Shown: positions 9,872-22,017, numbered from the stretch's first letter. The stretch: DNA of 34,871 nucleotides from a virus (IMGVR_UViG_2541047758_000018); one strand, 5' to 3'. A program made the numbers and translations. The notes: generated by a model from the sequence alone, not told the origin.

Positions 9872-9896
9872 GCTTCTTCATGTGCGTAGAAAAGGT

Positions 9897-10007
9897 GTTG
9901 GTTCAGTTGGTTCAGTTGGTTCAATTTGTAAAGAGTATTGTTTTATAAGGATTTTATTCTTTTTATTGAACCAACACTGAACCAACAACACGGTATTTTG
10001 AACCAAC
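9897..10007. repeat. iteron-type replication origin: 3 tandem GTTGGTTCA direct repeats plus 3 inverted TGAACCAAC copies around an AT-rich spacer
   Basis: The direct repeats lie at 9897-9923. The inverted copies lie at about 9967-9975, 9978-9986 and 9999-10007. The cluster is immediately 3' of the primase-helicase gene, as in P4/PICI ori regions. Confidence 0.75.
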
Positions 10008-10327
10008 ACAATGTGACTGAATTGATGCGCACAACACCTGGCTGGCATCAGAGAGTGTTTTACGAGACTTTCGTAAAATCCTGTGTACAAGGGCGTGACG
10101 TTTTTGAAAGTGAGCACTACGAAATTTTCGTAGTTCAAAAAACAGCCTCTGAGAAGTTGTTATGCCTGTTCAGCAAACCATCCGCATAGCTGATCGCGAA
10201 TCAAATTACCAATGGAGCCAGAAGCAAGGGCAGAACTGAAAAGCACCTGCCGTGAAGAGTAATGCGATACCATAAATATAGTTTTTAGAGTCCATAAAAA
10301 ACCTGTCAAAACCTGACACACAGAACG

Positions 10328-10361
10328 ATGCCACCAGCTACTGAGCGGTGGCATTTTTTTT
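10328..10361 (+). terminator. rho-independent terminator (ATGCCACC-N11-GGTGGCAT + T8)
   Basis: read directly; closes the primase/ori module. Confidence 0.7.
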
Positions 10362-10456
10362 GTGCTATTTGTTTCATATTTTGCAATTACGATGATGAAT
10401 ATTGCGATTTGTGAAACTATAATAACTGTTGTTTTATACAGTTCTAAGGGGGCGTT

Positions 10457-10618
10457 ATGGCTATTTCAGTAAAGCCGGTATTGATAAGTGAGAAGCAAAT
10501 GGAAGCGATAAAGAAAATTCAGGAAGAGCAGCGTAAAAAATCAGGAATTGGAGTAGCGCCAACTCTGCATGAAATTGCACGAGGGTTAATAGATAAGGCG
10601 CTGGCAGGCTGTATGTGA
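10457..10618 (+). CDS. small hypothetical protein (53 aa) with strong SD
   Basis: TAAGGGGGCG lies 5 nt before the ATG. Frame and stop were hand-translated (MAISVKPVLISEKQMEAIKK...ALAGCM). It is below the 60 aa track cut-off. Confidence 0.4.
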   Translation: MAISVKPVLISEKQMEAIKKIQEEQRKKSGIGVAPTLHEIARGLIDKALAGCM

Positions 10619-10634
10619 AAATGGATGGCATCGC

Positions 10635-11096
10635 ATGGAACTAAAATTTATTGATAACCCTGTGCGATTACAGGCCTTTCTTAACGAGCCAGGCAATACC
10701 GAAAATATTGTTGAGCCGGGGCACACGTACTACATCAAGCCTGATGCGGTATATCTCGGCATCTACGAAGGATTAGTGCTGGCTGGCGTTCATGAAGTGC
10801 GTAACTTCTGGCATAGCGTTGTTGAATGCCATGCGGTGTACGACCCCGGATTCCGTGGTGAATATGCACTGCAAGGGCATCGATTATTCTGCAAATGGCT
10901 TCTCGAAAACTCACCATTCCTTAACAGCATCACTATGGTTCCTGACACCACGAAATACGGACGGGCAATTATCCGTTTGCTTGGCGCTACCCGTGTTGGT
11001 CACCTTGATGATGCTTATATCAGATGTGGTAAACCCGTCGGCGTAACGCTTTATCAGTTAACTCGGCAACAATATAAGGAATTCAGCGAATGTTAA
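10635..11096 (+). CDS. hypothetical phage protein (153 aa), first gene of ejection-protein-like module
   Basis: ORF track; overlaps start of next gene. Confidence 0.55.
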   Translation: MELKFIDNPVRLQAFLNEPGNTENIVEPGHTYYIKPDAVYLGIYEGLVLAGVHEVRNFWHSVVECHAVYDPGFRGEYALQGHRLFCKWLLENSPFLNSITMVPDTTKYGRAIIRLLGATRVGHLDDAYIRCGKPVGVTLYQLTRQQYKEFSEC

Positions 11097-11767
11097 TTAC
11101 CCATATAGCTCATAAACATCTCAATCGTGCCGTATACGAAAAAGGCGGTGATGGTGGTGCCTCTAAAGCTCAGGCGAAGGCCCAGCAGCAGGCAATTGAT
11201 TTGCAGCGCGAGCAGTGGAATACGGTGATGAATAATCTCAAGCCGTATGCAGAAGTCGGATTGCCTGCTTTACAACAACTGCAAGGACTGATGACTCTGG
11301 AAGGGCAGAATAAAGCCGCGAATGATTTCTTTGGTTCTGGTTTATATAAAACACAGGCAGATCAGGCCCGTTATCAGAACCTTGTCTCAGCAGAAGCTAC
11401 CGGGGGGCTTGGCTCAACAGCTACCAGTAACCAGTTATCTTCCATTGCGCCCATGCTTTATAACAATTGGCTCAGTGGGCAAATGCAAAATTATGGAAAC
11501 CTGCTAAATGTCGGGATGAATGCGGCATCAGGGCAGGCAACGGCAGGGCAAAACTACGCCAATAATACCGGACAACTCTTGCAGGGGCTTGGCGCTATTC
11601 GTGCAGGTCAGGCGCAGCAGCCATCCAGTCTTGCGCGTGGTATTGGTGGGGCAGCATCAGGCGCTTTAGCGGGTGCGCAACTTGGTTCCGTTGTTCCTGG
11701 AATAGGAACTGCGGCCGGCGCTATTGGTGGTGGGCTTATTGGTCTTGTTGGGGGGCTTGGATTCTAA
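11090..11767 (+). CDS. Gly/Ala/Gln-rich phage ejection (DNA-transfer/internal virion) protein-like, 225 aa
   Basis: N-terminal KGGDGGASKAQAKAQQQAIDLQREQW, a low-complexity G/A/Q body and a C-terminal hydrophobic GGLIGLVGGLGF tail. Size and order resemble the small ejection protein of P22-like phages. Confidence 0.55.
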   Translation: MLITHIAHKHLNRAVYEKGGDGGASKAQAKAQQQAIDLQREQWNTVMNNLKPYAEVGLPALQQLQGLMTLEGQNKAANDFFGSGLYKTQADQARYQNLVSAEATGGLGSTATSNQLSSIAPMLYNNWLSGQMQNYGNLLNVGMNAASGQATAGQNYANNTGQLLQGLGAIRAGQAQQPSSLARGIGGAASGALAGAQLGSVVPGIGTAAGAIGGGLIGLVGGLGF

Positions 11768-13086
11768 TGGCGACATGGCAACTTGGCGGGCTGCCTAGCA
11801 TGGCACCGCAAAATGATAATGCTCCTCGTTCTTCCGTTCCTCAGCCTGTGCAGTATCAGCAGCAGCCAAACGTAGGTTTAATGGCGCTACAGGGGCTAAG
11901 AGGCGTTGCTGAGATTAATCAGCAGGCGCAAATTTCCCAGCAGTTAAAAGAATATCAGGCACGGTTGGGTAGTGCGGTAGCTAATAATGATCGTGTTGGC
12001 GTGCAGAAGTTAATGGCCCAGTATCCCCAGTTTATGGCTGATTCTCAAAAACAGATGGGATTCATTGATGCTGAGCAAAATCGACAGACCGCTGACGCTG
12101 CCATGAATCTGCGTCTTGCGTCACAAACTGGAGATCCACTGACCATGCAGAAGGCCATTCAGCAGGCAAATCCAGTATTACAGCGATTTGGTCTTCCTGC
12201 TGAAGAGGTTTATCAGTCTTGGCAGAATGACCCACAGGAATTCAACAGAATCACTGACCTCATCCACCTCCATGCTGATCCAAATAGTTACTTTAGTGTT
12301 CAAGAGAAGCAGCAAGGGCAGAGCATTGCACAGCAGAACGCAGATACATCCGCATATAATGCTCAGGTTAATGCGGAACAGGGTAATCGACGTCTCGATA
12401 TGGAGCAGTTCAAAGTCCTATCCGATAACCAACTACGCACGAGAGAAATGGTTCTGAAAGCACGACTTGGACGTGCTCAAAATGACATCGAGAGAGACAA
12501 GCTCAATGCTGAACTGAGCAAGGTACAGCAGGCGAAAGTGGAGAAGATGAACGATAAAATTAATACTGTTGCAGGTAACATCGACTCCTTGAACTCTGCG
12601 CTTGAAGTGGGTCATGAACTGGCGGGAATTGTAGGGAAACATCCTTCGGCCGTTACCCGCTCGCAGAACTATAACCCCCTGACGCTGGGGTTTGGATTCC
12701 TTCCTGATGTAGCAGAAGACACACGAAGCCTACGCGCCAAAGCTGATGAATACAACCTAAAGGTTATTCTGCCTAGCCTCAAAGGGACTTTTGGCTCTAA
12801 CCCAACCGAAGGGGAAAGGGCTGCCCTTATGCAATCTCAAAATGGCATTAAGTCAGCAACCAGCAATGAGGCATTTTTGCGAGAGTTGAATAAAGCGCAG
12901 GACGTAATTATTCGAATGCAGAAACGACAGATTGCCGGGCTCGGTATTCCTGTAACCAAATCTAAGGACGAAGAAACTGATACCAAAATGCTGTTGCAGG
13001 ATCCTTCACTAGTTAAGGATTATGTGACCGCACATGGCTATCTGCCGGAAAGTTACTATCAGGCAAAACTTAAGGGATGGCAATGA
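11767..13086 (+). CDS. Gln-rich phage ejection/internal virion protein-like, 439 aa
   Basis: ATGG overlap with the upstream gene. It is Q-rich with predicted coiled-coil. It is the middle gene of a three-gene injection-protein-like set. Confidence 0.55.
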   Translation: MATWQLGGLPSMAPQNDNAPRSSVPQPVQYQQQPNVGLMALQGLRGVAEINQQAQISQQLKEYQARLGSAVANNDRVGVQKLMAQYPQFMADSQKQMGFIDAEQNRQTADAAMNLRLASQTGDPLTMQKAIQQANPVLQRFGLPAEEVYQSWQNDPQEFNRITDLIHLHADPNSYFSVQEKQQGQSIAQQNADTSAYNAQVNAEQGNRRLDMEQFKVLSDNQLRTREMVLKARLGRAQNDIERDKLNAELSKVQQAKVEKMNDKINTVAGNIDSLNSALEVGHELAGIVGKHPSAVTRSQNYNPLTLGFGFLPDVAEDTRSLRAKADEYNLKVILPSLKGTFGSNPTEGERAALMQSQNGIKSATSNEAFLRELNKAQDVIIRMQKRQIAGLGIPVTKSKDEETDTKMLLQDPSLVKDYVTAHGYLPESYYQAKLKGWQ

Positions 13087-15414
13087 TGGCACAACTGACA
13101 GAAAAACAGAAAGCCTATTCCCGTCATCTCGATGAAAAATATGGTTTCCCATCAGGGACGATGGAAACATTAGTTGGCAATGAATCTAGTGGTAACGGAA
13201 GTGCCGAGTCACCGAAAGGAGCTAGAGGATTTGCTCAACTGATGCCCTCAGTAATGAGTGATGCTGGTTATCGTGGAACAGATCCGCGCTCACTGCCATT
13301 TGAAAAGCAAATGGATATCGCAGCAAACCATCTCAATAAAGGAATGAAGCGATTTGGTGATATAGGTATGGCATTGGCTGGGTATAATTCTGGCTATGCT
13401 CGTATTAATGCCGTCAGAAACGGTAAATCTACACTGCCAGATGAAACGGCTAATTACGTAAGTAAATTTGCAGATGCTGGAATAATCCCTGATGACAGTG
13501 AAATCTTGCAGTTTGCACAAACCAGTCAACATCGCAATCTTCAGCAGCCTGACTACTCAGAGCTTGATAAAGAAATCTCTCAGGTGGGAGATATTTCTGC
13601 ATGGGAAGCAAAACGTCAGCAATTTAAGAACATAGAAGCAGGACTACCAACAGCCAGTTCATGGGAGCAGAAAAGAGCTCAGTTTCTCGCCGATGAAAAT
13701 GCCGGGGAACCGCAGCAGCAAGTAGCCAAGTCTAACCTTAATCCTGAGATGGAATATCTTTCGCCAGGACTGAAAGCTGCGCCAGAGCAGATGGCCAGAG
13801 GGATTGCTAATATACCGTTTGATGTAATGGACGCAGGCGTGGGGGTAGTCAATGCGGCGCAATCAGCCGGAGCATGGGCAGCTCAGAAGCTTGGTGTGGG
13901 TGATGGCACATACACGCCCATATCACCTGTCTTTCGCCCAGTAGACCAACCTACAGATCCATACGCGCAGGCTGGTGAGCAGCTAGCACCTTACCTTATT
14001 ACAGGATTAGGTGCAGGAAAGGCAGCTACCGCAGCTTCTTCAGTTGCCAACGCTCCACGTGCTGAACGTGCGGCCACAAAGGTGGCTAGTATGTTGGCAG
14101 AAAACCTGCCAGGTACATTGGTGAACGCCCAAAAGAACGGGCAGATCAGCCCAGAAGACCTAGCAAAAGAGACAGGTATTGGCCTAGCAGGATCGCTAGG
14201 AGCACGCGCTTTAATAAAGAGCGGACAGACAGCCAGTGACGTAATGCGAGATGTATTGCGGAGTAATACAAATCAATCAGGCCATGTGTTAGGGGCAGCA
14301 AATACTCTGGAAACCGCCAATGATGTATCGAAAGCAGCGCGTTCTGCCGTAGGCCGAGAGCATATCGCATCGCAGGCATCAAACGTCAGAGATGATGTCG
14401 CTAAGGCGGCGAAAATCACTGGTATTAATATCAACACCCTGACGCCTGGAATGCGCTCAGGTAGTCGTGGAATTGCCCAAGCAGAAGGTGTTCTGGCATC
14501 AACTCCTGGGAATGTTCAGGATGCTCACCTTACGGCCTTCAATGAAATATCCTCAAAGTTGAATAAGCAGTTGTCTGATTTCGGTGCTGAGTCTGGAAGC
14601 GCATCAGAAAAAAGCGCAGCAATTAAAGAGCGCATCATCGCGAGCCTCAGTGATATGAAAACAGCAGAGAATATGGCATGGGCAGAACTGCGAAGCACGA
14701 TGCCACGCGAAAGGATGAAAATGAGTAATGGGATGGCTGTCGTCCAAGCAGAAAAAGCAGCCAATGTTCCACTCAGCCCGGAGATGAAACAGTTTCAGGC
14801 TGCCAACAACCAAGGTGGCGGCATAACCTTCGACGGGATGAAGGCATGGCGTGCTAAGTTTGCTGATGCTGAACAAGCAAACACCCGGGCAGGTAAGGCC
14901 AATGCCGCCCGGATTGCCGGAGAAATGCGCAGAGCTATCACTGATGACATGCGCATCATGGCTGAAAAAGGAAACTTCCTCACAGAATGGCAGAAAGCTA
15001 ACGATCTCTCTAAAAGTTACATTATCGCCAAACAAAATGCCGAATCTGTTTTTGGTCGAGATCTCGCATCAGACGCTATGGTAAGAAAAGGTGCCGATAC
15101 GCTTAAGGCATCCGCAAACACTGGAACGGGAGCTTTTCACCGTCTTATCTCCGCGCTGCCGGAAGCAGAACGCCAACCTGCAATAGCATCTATTCTTCAG
15201 CATGCTGTGGCGCAGGGAGAGAAGGGAGGAATCGGTGAAGAGTCAGGTATCCAGTATTTTGCCAAGCTCATGACCCAGCAGAATGTAAACGCCATCAGTC
15301 GTCATGCGCCAGATCTCGGTAGAATGATGAAAGAGTTCGGTGTACTCGCTAAAGCCAGTACCAGACCGCAGCGATACGTAGAGCGCACGGGAAGAACAAC
15401 TGAGGCTCTCAAAA
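13077..15414 (+). pseudogene. large ejection/internal virion protein with N-terminal SLT lytic transglycosylase domain, 3' truncated by IS911
   Basis: SLT family-1 motifs are present: NESSGN...SPKGARGFAQLMP and the ALAGYNSGYARI (AYNxG) motif. The reading frame runs into the IS911 inverted repeat at about 15415, so the listed stop at 15569 is IS-derived. Confidence 0.75.
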
Positions 15415-15444
15415 TGAAGTGGTCAACAAAAACTGGCCACCGAG

Positions 15445-16628
<1,184 letters not shown>

Positions 16629-16664
16629 CTCTGTTCAGGTGGCCAAATTCAGTAAACCACTTCA

Positions 16665-18034
16665 GTTCCTGGAGATGATTCGTTGCTTGTGAGCAAGAGG
16701 TGGTCCGCTTTACTGGACAAGTTTTGCATTTGTTGAGTGGTGAAATGGAAGTAAAAAGAGCCCCTTTCTGGCAATGACTGAAAAAGTCAGTAGCGTGTGA
16801 CAGTAAAAACTAACATAAAGTGATTATCGTATGATTATGACAATGACTTATAACTTTTATGAAAAGAACAACAGAAACTATGAAACCATAGCAGATTCCT
16901 GAGACCATGTTTTTTGAGGTAGAGAAAATAATTCAAGAGTAAACCAGTTTGTTTTTTGATCAGTAAAGAACCATGCCTGATGTGAAAACGGGTAATCAAC
17001 ATTCAGTCTGCATGAGTGTCTGAGAATGTTGCTAATGTCGGTATGATACTATATACACATATTTTACTAAGTATTTTTACTAAGCATTTCAGTAAGTGTT
17101 ATACACGTATTTTCTACTAAGTGTTTTACCAGACATACACGTATTTTCATAAACACTTCTACAAGTGTTTTCATTAAGTATTGTTATACACATTGCTTTG
17201 TCTGACACACATCCAGTTTAGTAAATCTTTACGTTAGCTAAAATCAGTTTAAAGCTGCTACAAAGCAATCTTTCCTGTTTAAGCAATCAAGATGACATTC
17301 TGTTTTTCTGAAGTTACGTTTAACCTTTTCTGAGTTTTTGTGTTTTTGGTCGTTAACCGGAGAAAAGTATCTTTACGTAAAAACGCAAATCCGACTGAGA
17401 TAACCTGGCGTGATTTACGGAGTGCTTACGACGATTTAGTTAAATGGTTTTATGGATGATTTTGTAGCGATGAGGTTGATGAGATGATTAACTGGCCCTG
17501 GTGTTTTTTTTTCTCAGAGCAAGGCTCTTTTCAGAAAAAGCGTGATGATTGGTTCTGGTGTTTTGATTCAGATGAGGTTTACGTTATCGATGGTTAATCG
17601 CTTTTATGGTGCGTAGTGAAACGTAACATTTTCAGGATGAGAAAATCGATTCTGATGTTAGTGGTTTTTGTTCTTGGGGTGGGGTTATCTGTAAACAGGT
17701 TTTAAACGCGCTATTCGGCTCTGTGATTGAGTTGTGTGGTTAAGCTATAGGTTTTGGTGTTGTTGTTGATTCACAGCGCCAGAAATCGTTCTGATTGCGT
17801 TTTTGATGTTTTGTTTGCACGTTCTGTTGATCCGTTTCCCTTCTGACTTTTCTCGTCGTCCATGCCGTTTTTAAATTCATTTGCTGTTGTTGTGTTTTTT
17901 TACCATCTTTTCGTTTGTAGGGGATTCCATTTTTATCCGGAGTAGGTTGTGTTGCTCAATGGTGGGAGTTCGTAAAGTTTTACCGCGGTGATTAATGATG
18001 TGAAGTCAATCCAAATCAATGGAGATCTCTCATC
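16665..18034. other. 1.37 kb ORF-free AT-rich region with clustered short repeats (TTTTACTAAG x2-3, ACACGTATTTTC x2, AAGTGTTTT x3 around 17060-17170; T-runs)
   Basis: No ORF of 60 aa or more on either strand. Motifs were read directly. Confidence 0.5.
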
Positions 18035-18766
18035 ATGAATCAACCAATACACAATGCTTACTGGTTATCCCGTTTTGAAAGTATTCTCAACAGTGCCCTG
18101 GCGCAACACCGTGCCGTCTCGTTAATCCGGGTGGATTTACGTTTCCCTGAGTATATGCCTGCCACCATTATGGATACCGATTTAGATTCAGCGGTGATTT
18201 CTCGTTTTTTCGAATCCCTGAAAGCAAAAATTCAGGCTTACCAGCGACATAAACGACGTGCCAACAAGCGTGTGCATGCAACCACTCTGCGTTATTTCTG
18301 GTGCCGGGAGTTCGGCAAGGAAAAAGGCAGGAAACATTATCACGTGATATTACTGCTCAACAAAGATACCTGGTGCTCGCCAGGGGATTTCACCGTTCCT
18401 TCTTCGCTGGCGACGCTGATCCAACTGGCATGGTGCAGTGCTCTGCATCTTGAGCCCTGGCAGGGTAATGGACTGGTTCATTTTTCCAGGCGGACGCCTT
18501 TCCGTAAACCGACATCATCCGATGCTCGCCCTTCTTCCGATGACACGCCTTTACCTGGTGGATGTTCTGATACCCGGAAGGATTCTGACAAAAAGTCTGG
18601 TGGATCCGCTGTGCTCTGGATCAAGCGTGGTGATGTAGAAGCGATGCAGAAAGCCATGGAGAGAGCCCGTTATCTCGTGAAGTATGAGACGAAGCAGCAT
18701 GACGGTTCTGGTCAACGTAATTATGGTTGCAGTCGTGGAGCGGGGCGTCTACTGGATGGCAGGTGA
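18035..18766 (+). CDS. YfjJ/YagK-family (inovirus Gp2-like) protein, paralog 1
   Basis: Resembles CP4-57 YfjJ / CP4-6 YagK proteins (family assigned from memory). It contains an HUH-like HYHVILLL motif consistent with a rolling-circle Rep ancestry. A GGAG SD is present. Confidence 0.55.
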   Translation: MNQPIHNAYWLSRFESILNSALAQHRAVSLIRVDLRFPEYMPATIMDTDLDSAVISRFFESLKAKIQAYQRHKRRANKRVHATTLRYFWCREFGKEKGRKHYHVILLLNKDTWCSPGDFTVPSSLATLIQLAWCSALHLEPWQGNGLVHFSRRTPFRKPTSSDARPSSDDTPLPGGCSDTRKDSDKKSGGSAVLWIKRGDVEAMQKAMERARYLVKYETKQHDGSGQRNYGCSRGAGRLLDGR

Positions 18767-19116
18767 ACCCTGTAAAACGGCATCCGGTGCCTGAGCGTAT
18801 GCCACGGTAGGGCGTCAGCCAACGCCCTTACCTCGTATTCTGATCACTCATTCTGAAGTCATGCAACGGTATTTTTATCTGCTTCCGCTCTTGGAAACAC
18901 TCCGTCGGTAAAAACTTACCGCCTTGATTAATGATGTGAACCGAAGTCAACGGAGGTCATTCACCTTAAACCCACCTCAGGAATTTTACACCTGTCAGGT
19001 CTCCTGACTGTCCTGGCATACGACATCTGCCATCCCCGGTTCCACGGTTATTACATCAACAACCTCTGTACACGACGCCTTCAGTTTCACAATACGCTCG
19101 TCTTTCGCTGGCGGGG

Positions 19117-19722
19117 ATGCGTCGTGCGTTTCTATATGGAGCATATCTTATGAATGGTATCCCTCATTTCGACTATAGCCTGGCGCCCTTCTGGCCGTCT
19201 TATCAGAACAAAATCATCGGTGTTCTCAACCGTGCGCTGCGTGAACAGTCCTGCTCCCGGGTACGGCGGATCCTGCTTCGTCTGCCATGTGAATATGACA
19301 CTACCTTCAGTAGCAGAAAGACCTGGTTTGGTATGGACTTTATCGAAACTGTCAGTGCGCTGATGAATGCAAACCCCGGACGTGATCTCTGCTGGCTCCT
19401 GACTCGTCATCCGGAAAAGCCGGAATACCACGTGGTGCTGTGCGTCAGACAGGAGTATTTCGACGGCCCCGAACTGGATCGGTTGATACTGGATGCCTGG
19501 AGCAACGTACTGGGCTTCGCGTCACCGGGTGAAGCGGCACCGTACCAGAAGCAGATAACACGGGATGTGGTGCTGGACAGTCGTTCACCGGACTGCGAAG
19601 ACATCCTCAAAGAGCTGATATGGGCATTCAGTGATTTCGCCCGCGATCGTCGTGGTGTGCGCGATCCGGAAGCCCGTTACCTCGTCGGTAATCCCTGGTA
19701 TCCCGTAGCAGGCCAGCTCTGA
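19117..19722 (+). CDS. YfjJ/YagK-like protein, paralog 2 (likely starts at internal ATG about 19150)
   Basis: Shares a similar size and a degenerate HUH-like EYHVVLCV motif. The internal Met MNGIPHF has a GGAG SD. Confidence 0.45.
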   Translation: MRRAFLYGAYLMNGIPHFDYSLAPFWPSYQNKIIGVLNRALREQSCSRVRRILLRLPCEYDTTFSSRKTWFGMDFIETVSALMNANPGRDLCWLLTRHPEKPEYHVVLCVRQEYFDGPELDRLILDAWSNVLGFASPGEAAPYQKQITRDVVLDSRSPDCEDILKELIWAFSDFARDRRGVRDPEARYLVGNPWYPVAGQL

Positions 19723-19790
19723 AAGCACAGTTCAGCAGATTCACCCGCATTTGCCCAACCTTCATAAATCTCACAAAGGACATTCTGACC

Positions 19791-20024
19791 ATGTTGACCA
19801 CAACAAGCCACGACAGCGTATTGCTGCGTGCTGACGATCCCCTGATCGACATGAACTACATCACCAGTTTCACCGGTATGACCGATAAATGGTTTTACAA
19901 GCTGATCAGTGAAGGCCATTTTCCTAAACCCATCAAACTGGGTCGCAGCAGCCGCTGGTACAAAAGCGAAGTGGAGCAGTGGATGCAGCAGCGAATCGAG
20001 GAGTCACGAGGAGCTGCTGCATGA
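19791..20024 (+). CDS. AlpA-family (CP4-57 regulatory protein-type) DNA-binding protein, second copy
   Basis: 77 aa. Contains YITSFTGMTDKWFYKLISEGHFPKPIKLGRSSRWYKSEVEQWM, an HTH_17/AlpA-like pattern. Confidence 0.7.
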   Translation: MLTTTSHDSVLLRADDPLIDMNYITSFTGMTDKWFYKLISEGHFPKPIKLGRSSRWYKSEVEQWMQQRIEESRGAAA

Positions 20025-20289
20025 AACGTGTTGTAATACCGGTACGCTGGCGATGTGCAAAATGCCGGCGCTGGTATTGTGGAAATCAGCCCTGTCCCTG
20101 GTGCTGGCGACACTCTCGTTCATCTTTCTGCTGATACCCTCCTGTCAGTAGCGGGTTGTAGCTCTTCCCTGACCGATTTGTCATTCCACTCTTATTGTTT
20201 ATAACGGGTATTGAGCCGGTACTGGCGTGTTTTCCTGCATGTTTGCACCGGTTCAGTAAAATTCAACAGGATTCGAAAAGGAACATTTC

Positions 20290-20838
20290 GTGCAAATAAC
20301 CGAAGCATTACTTTCAGAGCCAGGGGAAATCCGGCGTTTTGTTCAGCAGGCGGTGGATCACTGGCCGCATCTGTTGGCATTTCACTTCACGCTCCATTCG
20401 GCTGAAGAAAACATCAACGGGCAACGGGTTCAGACATTCTGTACTTCCTTTTACCGGCAGGTACACGAACGTATTGCTGAACGTAATCACACGGCCAGTC
20501 CATCATCGCCGTTGGTATTACGCTGGTTGCGGGAACAACATGGAAAAGCAACAATACGATGCCTGTTGCTGCTCAGCCAGACGAGCATTTGCCATCCGCG
20601 AGCCAGTGTCACAGTTGATGAACAATGTTCGCAAGTGGTGGATTTACTGCAACATAGCTGGCAGGTGATAAGTGCTGGCGGACAATGCCGGGTGGAAAGG
20701 TGTTTTCGGGTTGCCCGGGGTGATACATCCGGTCAGTATGTTGCGTTAAAAACAGTCGCATTGTCTCTGGGGTTACCGGTTGTGACCGCCATTACCCATC
20801 GTCCGGTACAGCGCTGTACATTGATTACAGCTCAGTGA
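20290..20838 (+). CDS. YfjJ/YagK-like protein, paralog 3 (GTG start)
   Basis: 182 aa with AFHFTLHS in the equivalent position. Weakest of the three calls. Confidence 0.4.
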   Translation: MQITEALLSEPGEIRRFVQQAVDHWPHLLAFHFTLHSAEENINGQRVQTFCTSFYRQVHERIAERNHTASPSSPLVLRWLREQHGKATIRCLLLLSQTSICHPRASVTVDEQCSQVVDLLQHSWQVISAGGQCRVERCFRVARGDTSGQYVALKTVALSLGLPVVTAITHRPVQRCTLITAQ

Positions 20839-20839
20839 A

Positions 20840-21181
20840 TCAGCGCTTTCTGGCTTTTCGTCGGTCATTCAGCACCATTAGCCGGGCCTCTGCCTCTTTC
20901 TGTTCCTGTAGTGTCACTTCCCCGCACGGCAGCCCCTTCAGATCGTAACGGGCGCCATCTGCCATTAACGCACATGAATAGTGCGGAGACTGCACATAAG
21001 ACGCCACTGCCGCGTGTAATGTACCAGCGCCAAACGCCAGTTCTCTGATGGCGATATCCTGTATCAGGTCGTCAGGTATCTCAACTTTAAGCGGTTGGGG
21101 TTTTTCCCGGTTGAATAACTCAGGCCAGAGTTCCACAAGACGATTAATACGCTTACGGTTTTTACGCTGGCGTTTTGTCAT
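20840..21181 (-). CDS. ProQ/FinO-domain RNA chaperone-like protein
   Basis: The region PLKVEIPDDLIQDI...ASYVQSPHYSCALMADGARYDLKGLPCGEVTLQEQKEA tracks the ProQ N-terminal domain pattern PLKIGIFQDL...YTSSWRYLY...GATRVDLDGNPCGEL.EQHVEHA. Confidence 0.7.
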   Translation of the reverse strand: MTKRQRKNRKRINRLVELWPELFNREKPQPLKVEIPDDLIQDIAIRELAFGAGTLHAAVASYVQSPHYSCALMADGARYDLKGLPCGEVTLQEQKEAEARLMVLNDRRKARKR

Positions 21182-22017
21182 ATGCCGCCACGGTGTTTTT
21201 TCAGCAGAGCAGGGCTCTGTTTATCGTTCAACTGTGGTATCCGTTCCCTGGCCTTCACGTTGTGTGCAGTGTTCGTTTTATCCTGCAGCGGCGTTGCCGG
21301 TGATTTACTGAAAATGCCCTGTGGTTTACGGTTAATGGTCAGCGTTACCATCAGTATTGTTACCTCATGCTGTCAATGGAAGTAGTACTCCATCCAGAGC
21401 CTTGGCGACCCCGGGGCTGAAAACGAAACAATAACCCGCGCACAGTGCGAGGAGCCCGGGCGTGAAGCAATCAGCAGGTAATATTAATGGCAAGACCAGT
21501 AGGTTCTTTAAACAAACGAACAATATCAGCAAATACGACAACTCCCGGAGAGGTAAAAAGTTTTTCACTTGAGCACTTCTTAAAAAAATGGAGACGAACA
21601 AAAATGGGGCGACATACCTGGAAAGTATTGCTACCAGATGATGCTAAAAAGCAGAAATAGTGTTCCAGGCCTGAAAGGGATGAGAATCAGTATCTGTGTG
21701 TATTTATAACATCTTCTTGAAGAGGCTGGAGATTGTTAGTCCATTAGTATAATCGATATTCGTGTTCCTGCGAATATGCAGGCTACACCAGATATATGAT
21801 TGCTACCGAATTTCATCAGTTTGATGAAATTACGCATCATACTGCGGGCTTTTCTCATTAACATTAACGAAAGTGAATGGACTCAGACAAGTAGTGACCG
21901 GCGCAATTTCGCTAAGTATCAAATACAAAGAACGTTCTCTTACTTTCTGCGATGGCCTTTCCTTCGGAAAGGAAGTGACGATTAAGTACCGAAAAATGTG
22001 ATACACATATTATTTTT

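Noticed and set aside
9897-9923. Tandem 9-mer repeats considered as a possible CRISPR or minisatellite
   Set aside because: Only three 9-bp units with no spacers, and inverted copies of the same motif follow about 45 bp later. The position right after a primase-helicase gene fits an iteron origin, not a CRISPR array.
9938-10189. 83 aa plus-strand and 86 aa minus-strand ORFs overlapping the iteron region
   Set aside because: They span the repeat or AT-rich origin and a terminator region. There is no SD and the composition is driven by repeats.
20840-21181. ProQ/FinO-like gene considered as part of a conjugative fertility-inhibition (FinOP) system
   Set aside because: No tra genes, finP-like antisense RNA context or oriT were seen nearby. 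It was treated as a stand-alone island RNA chaperone.
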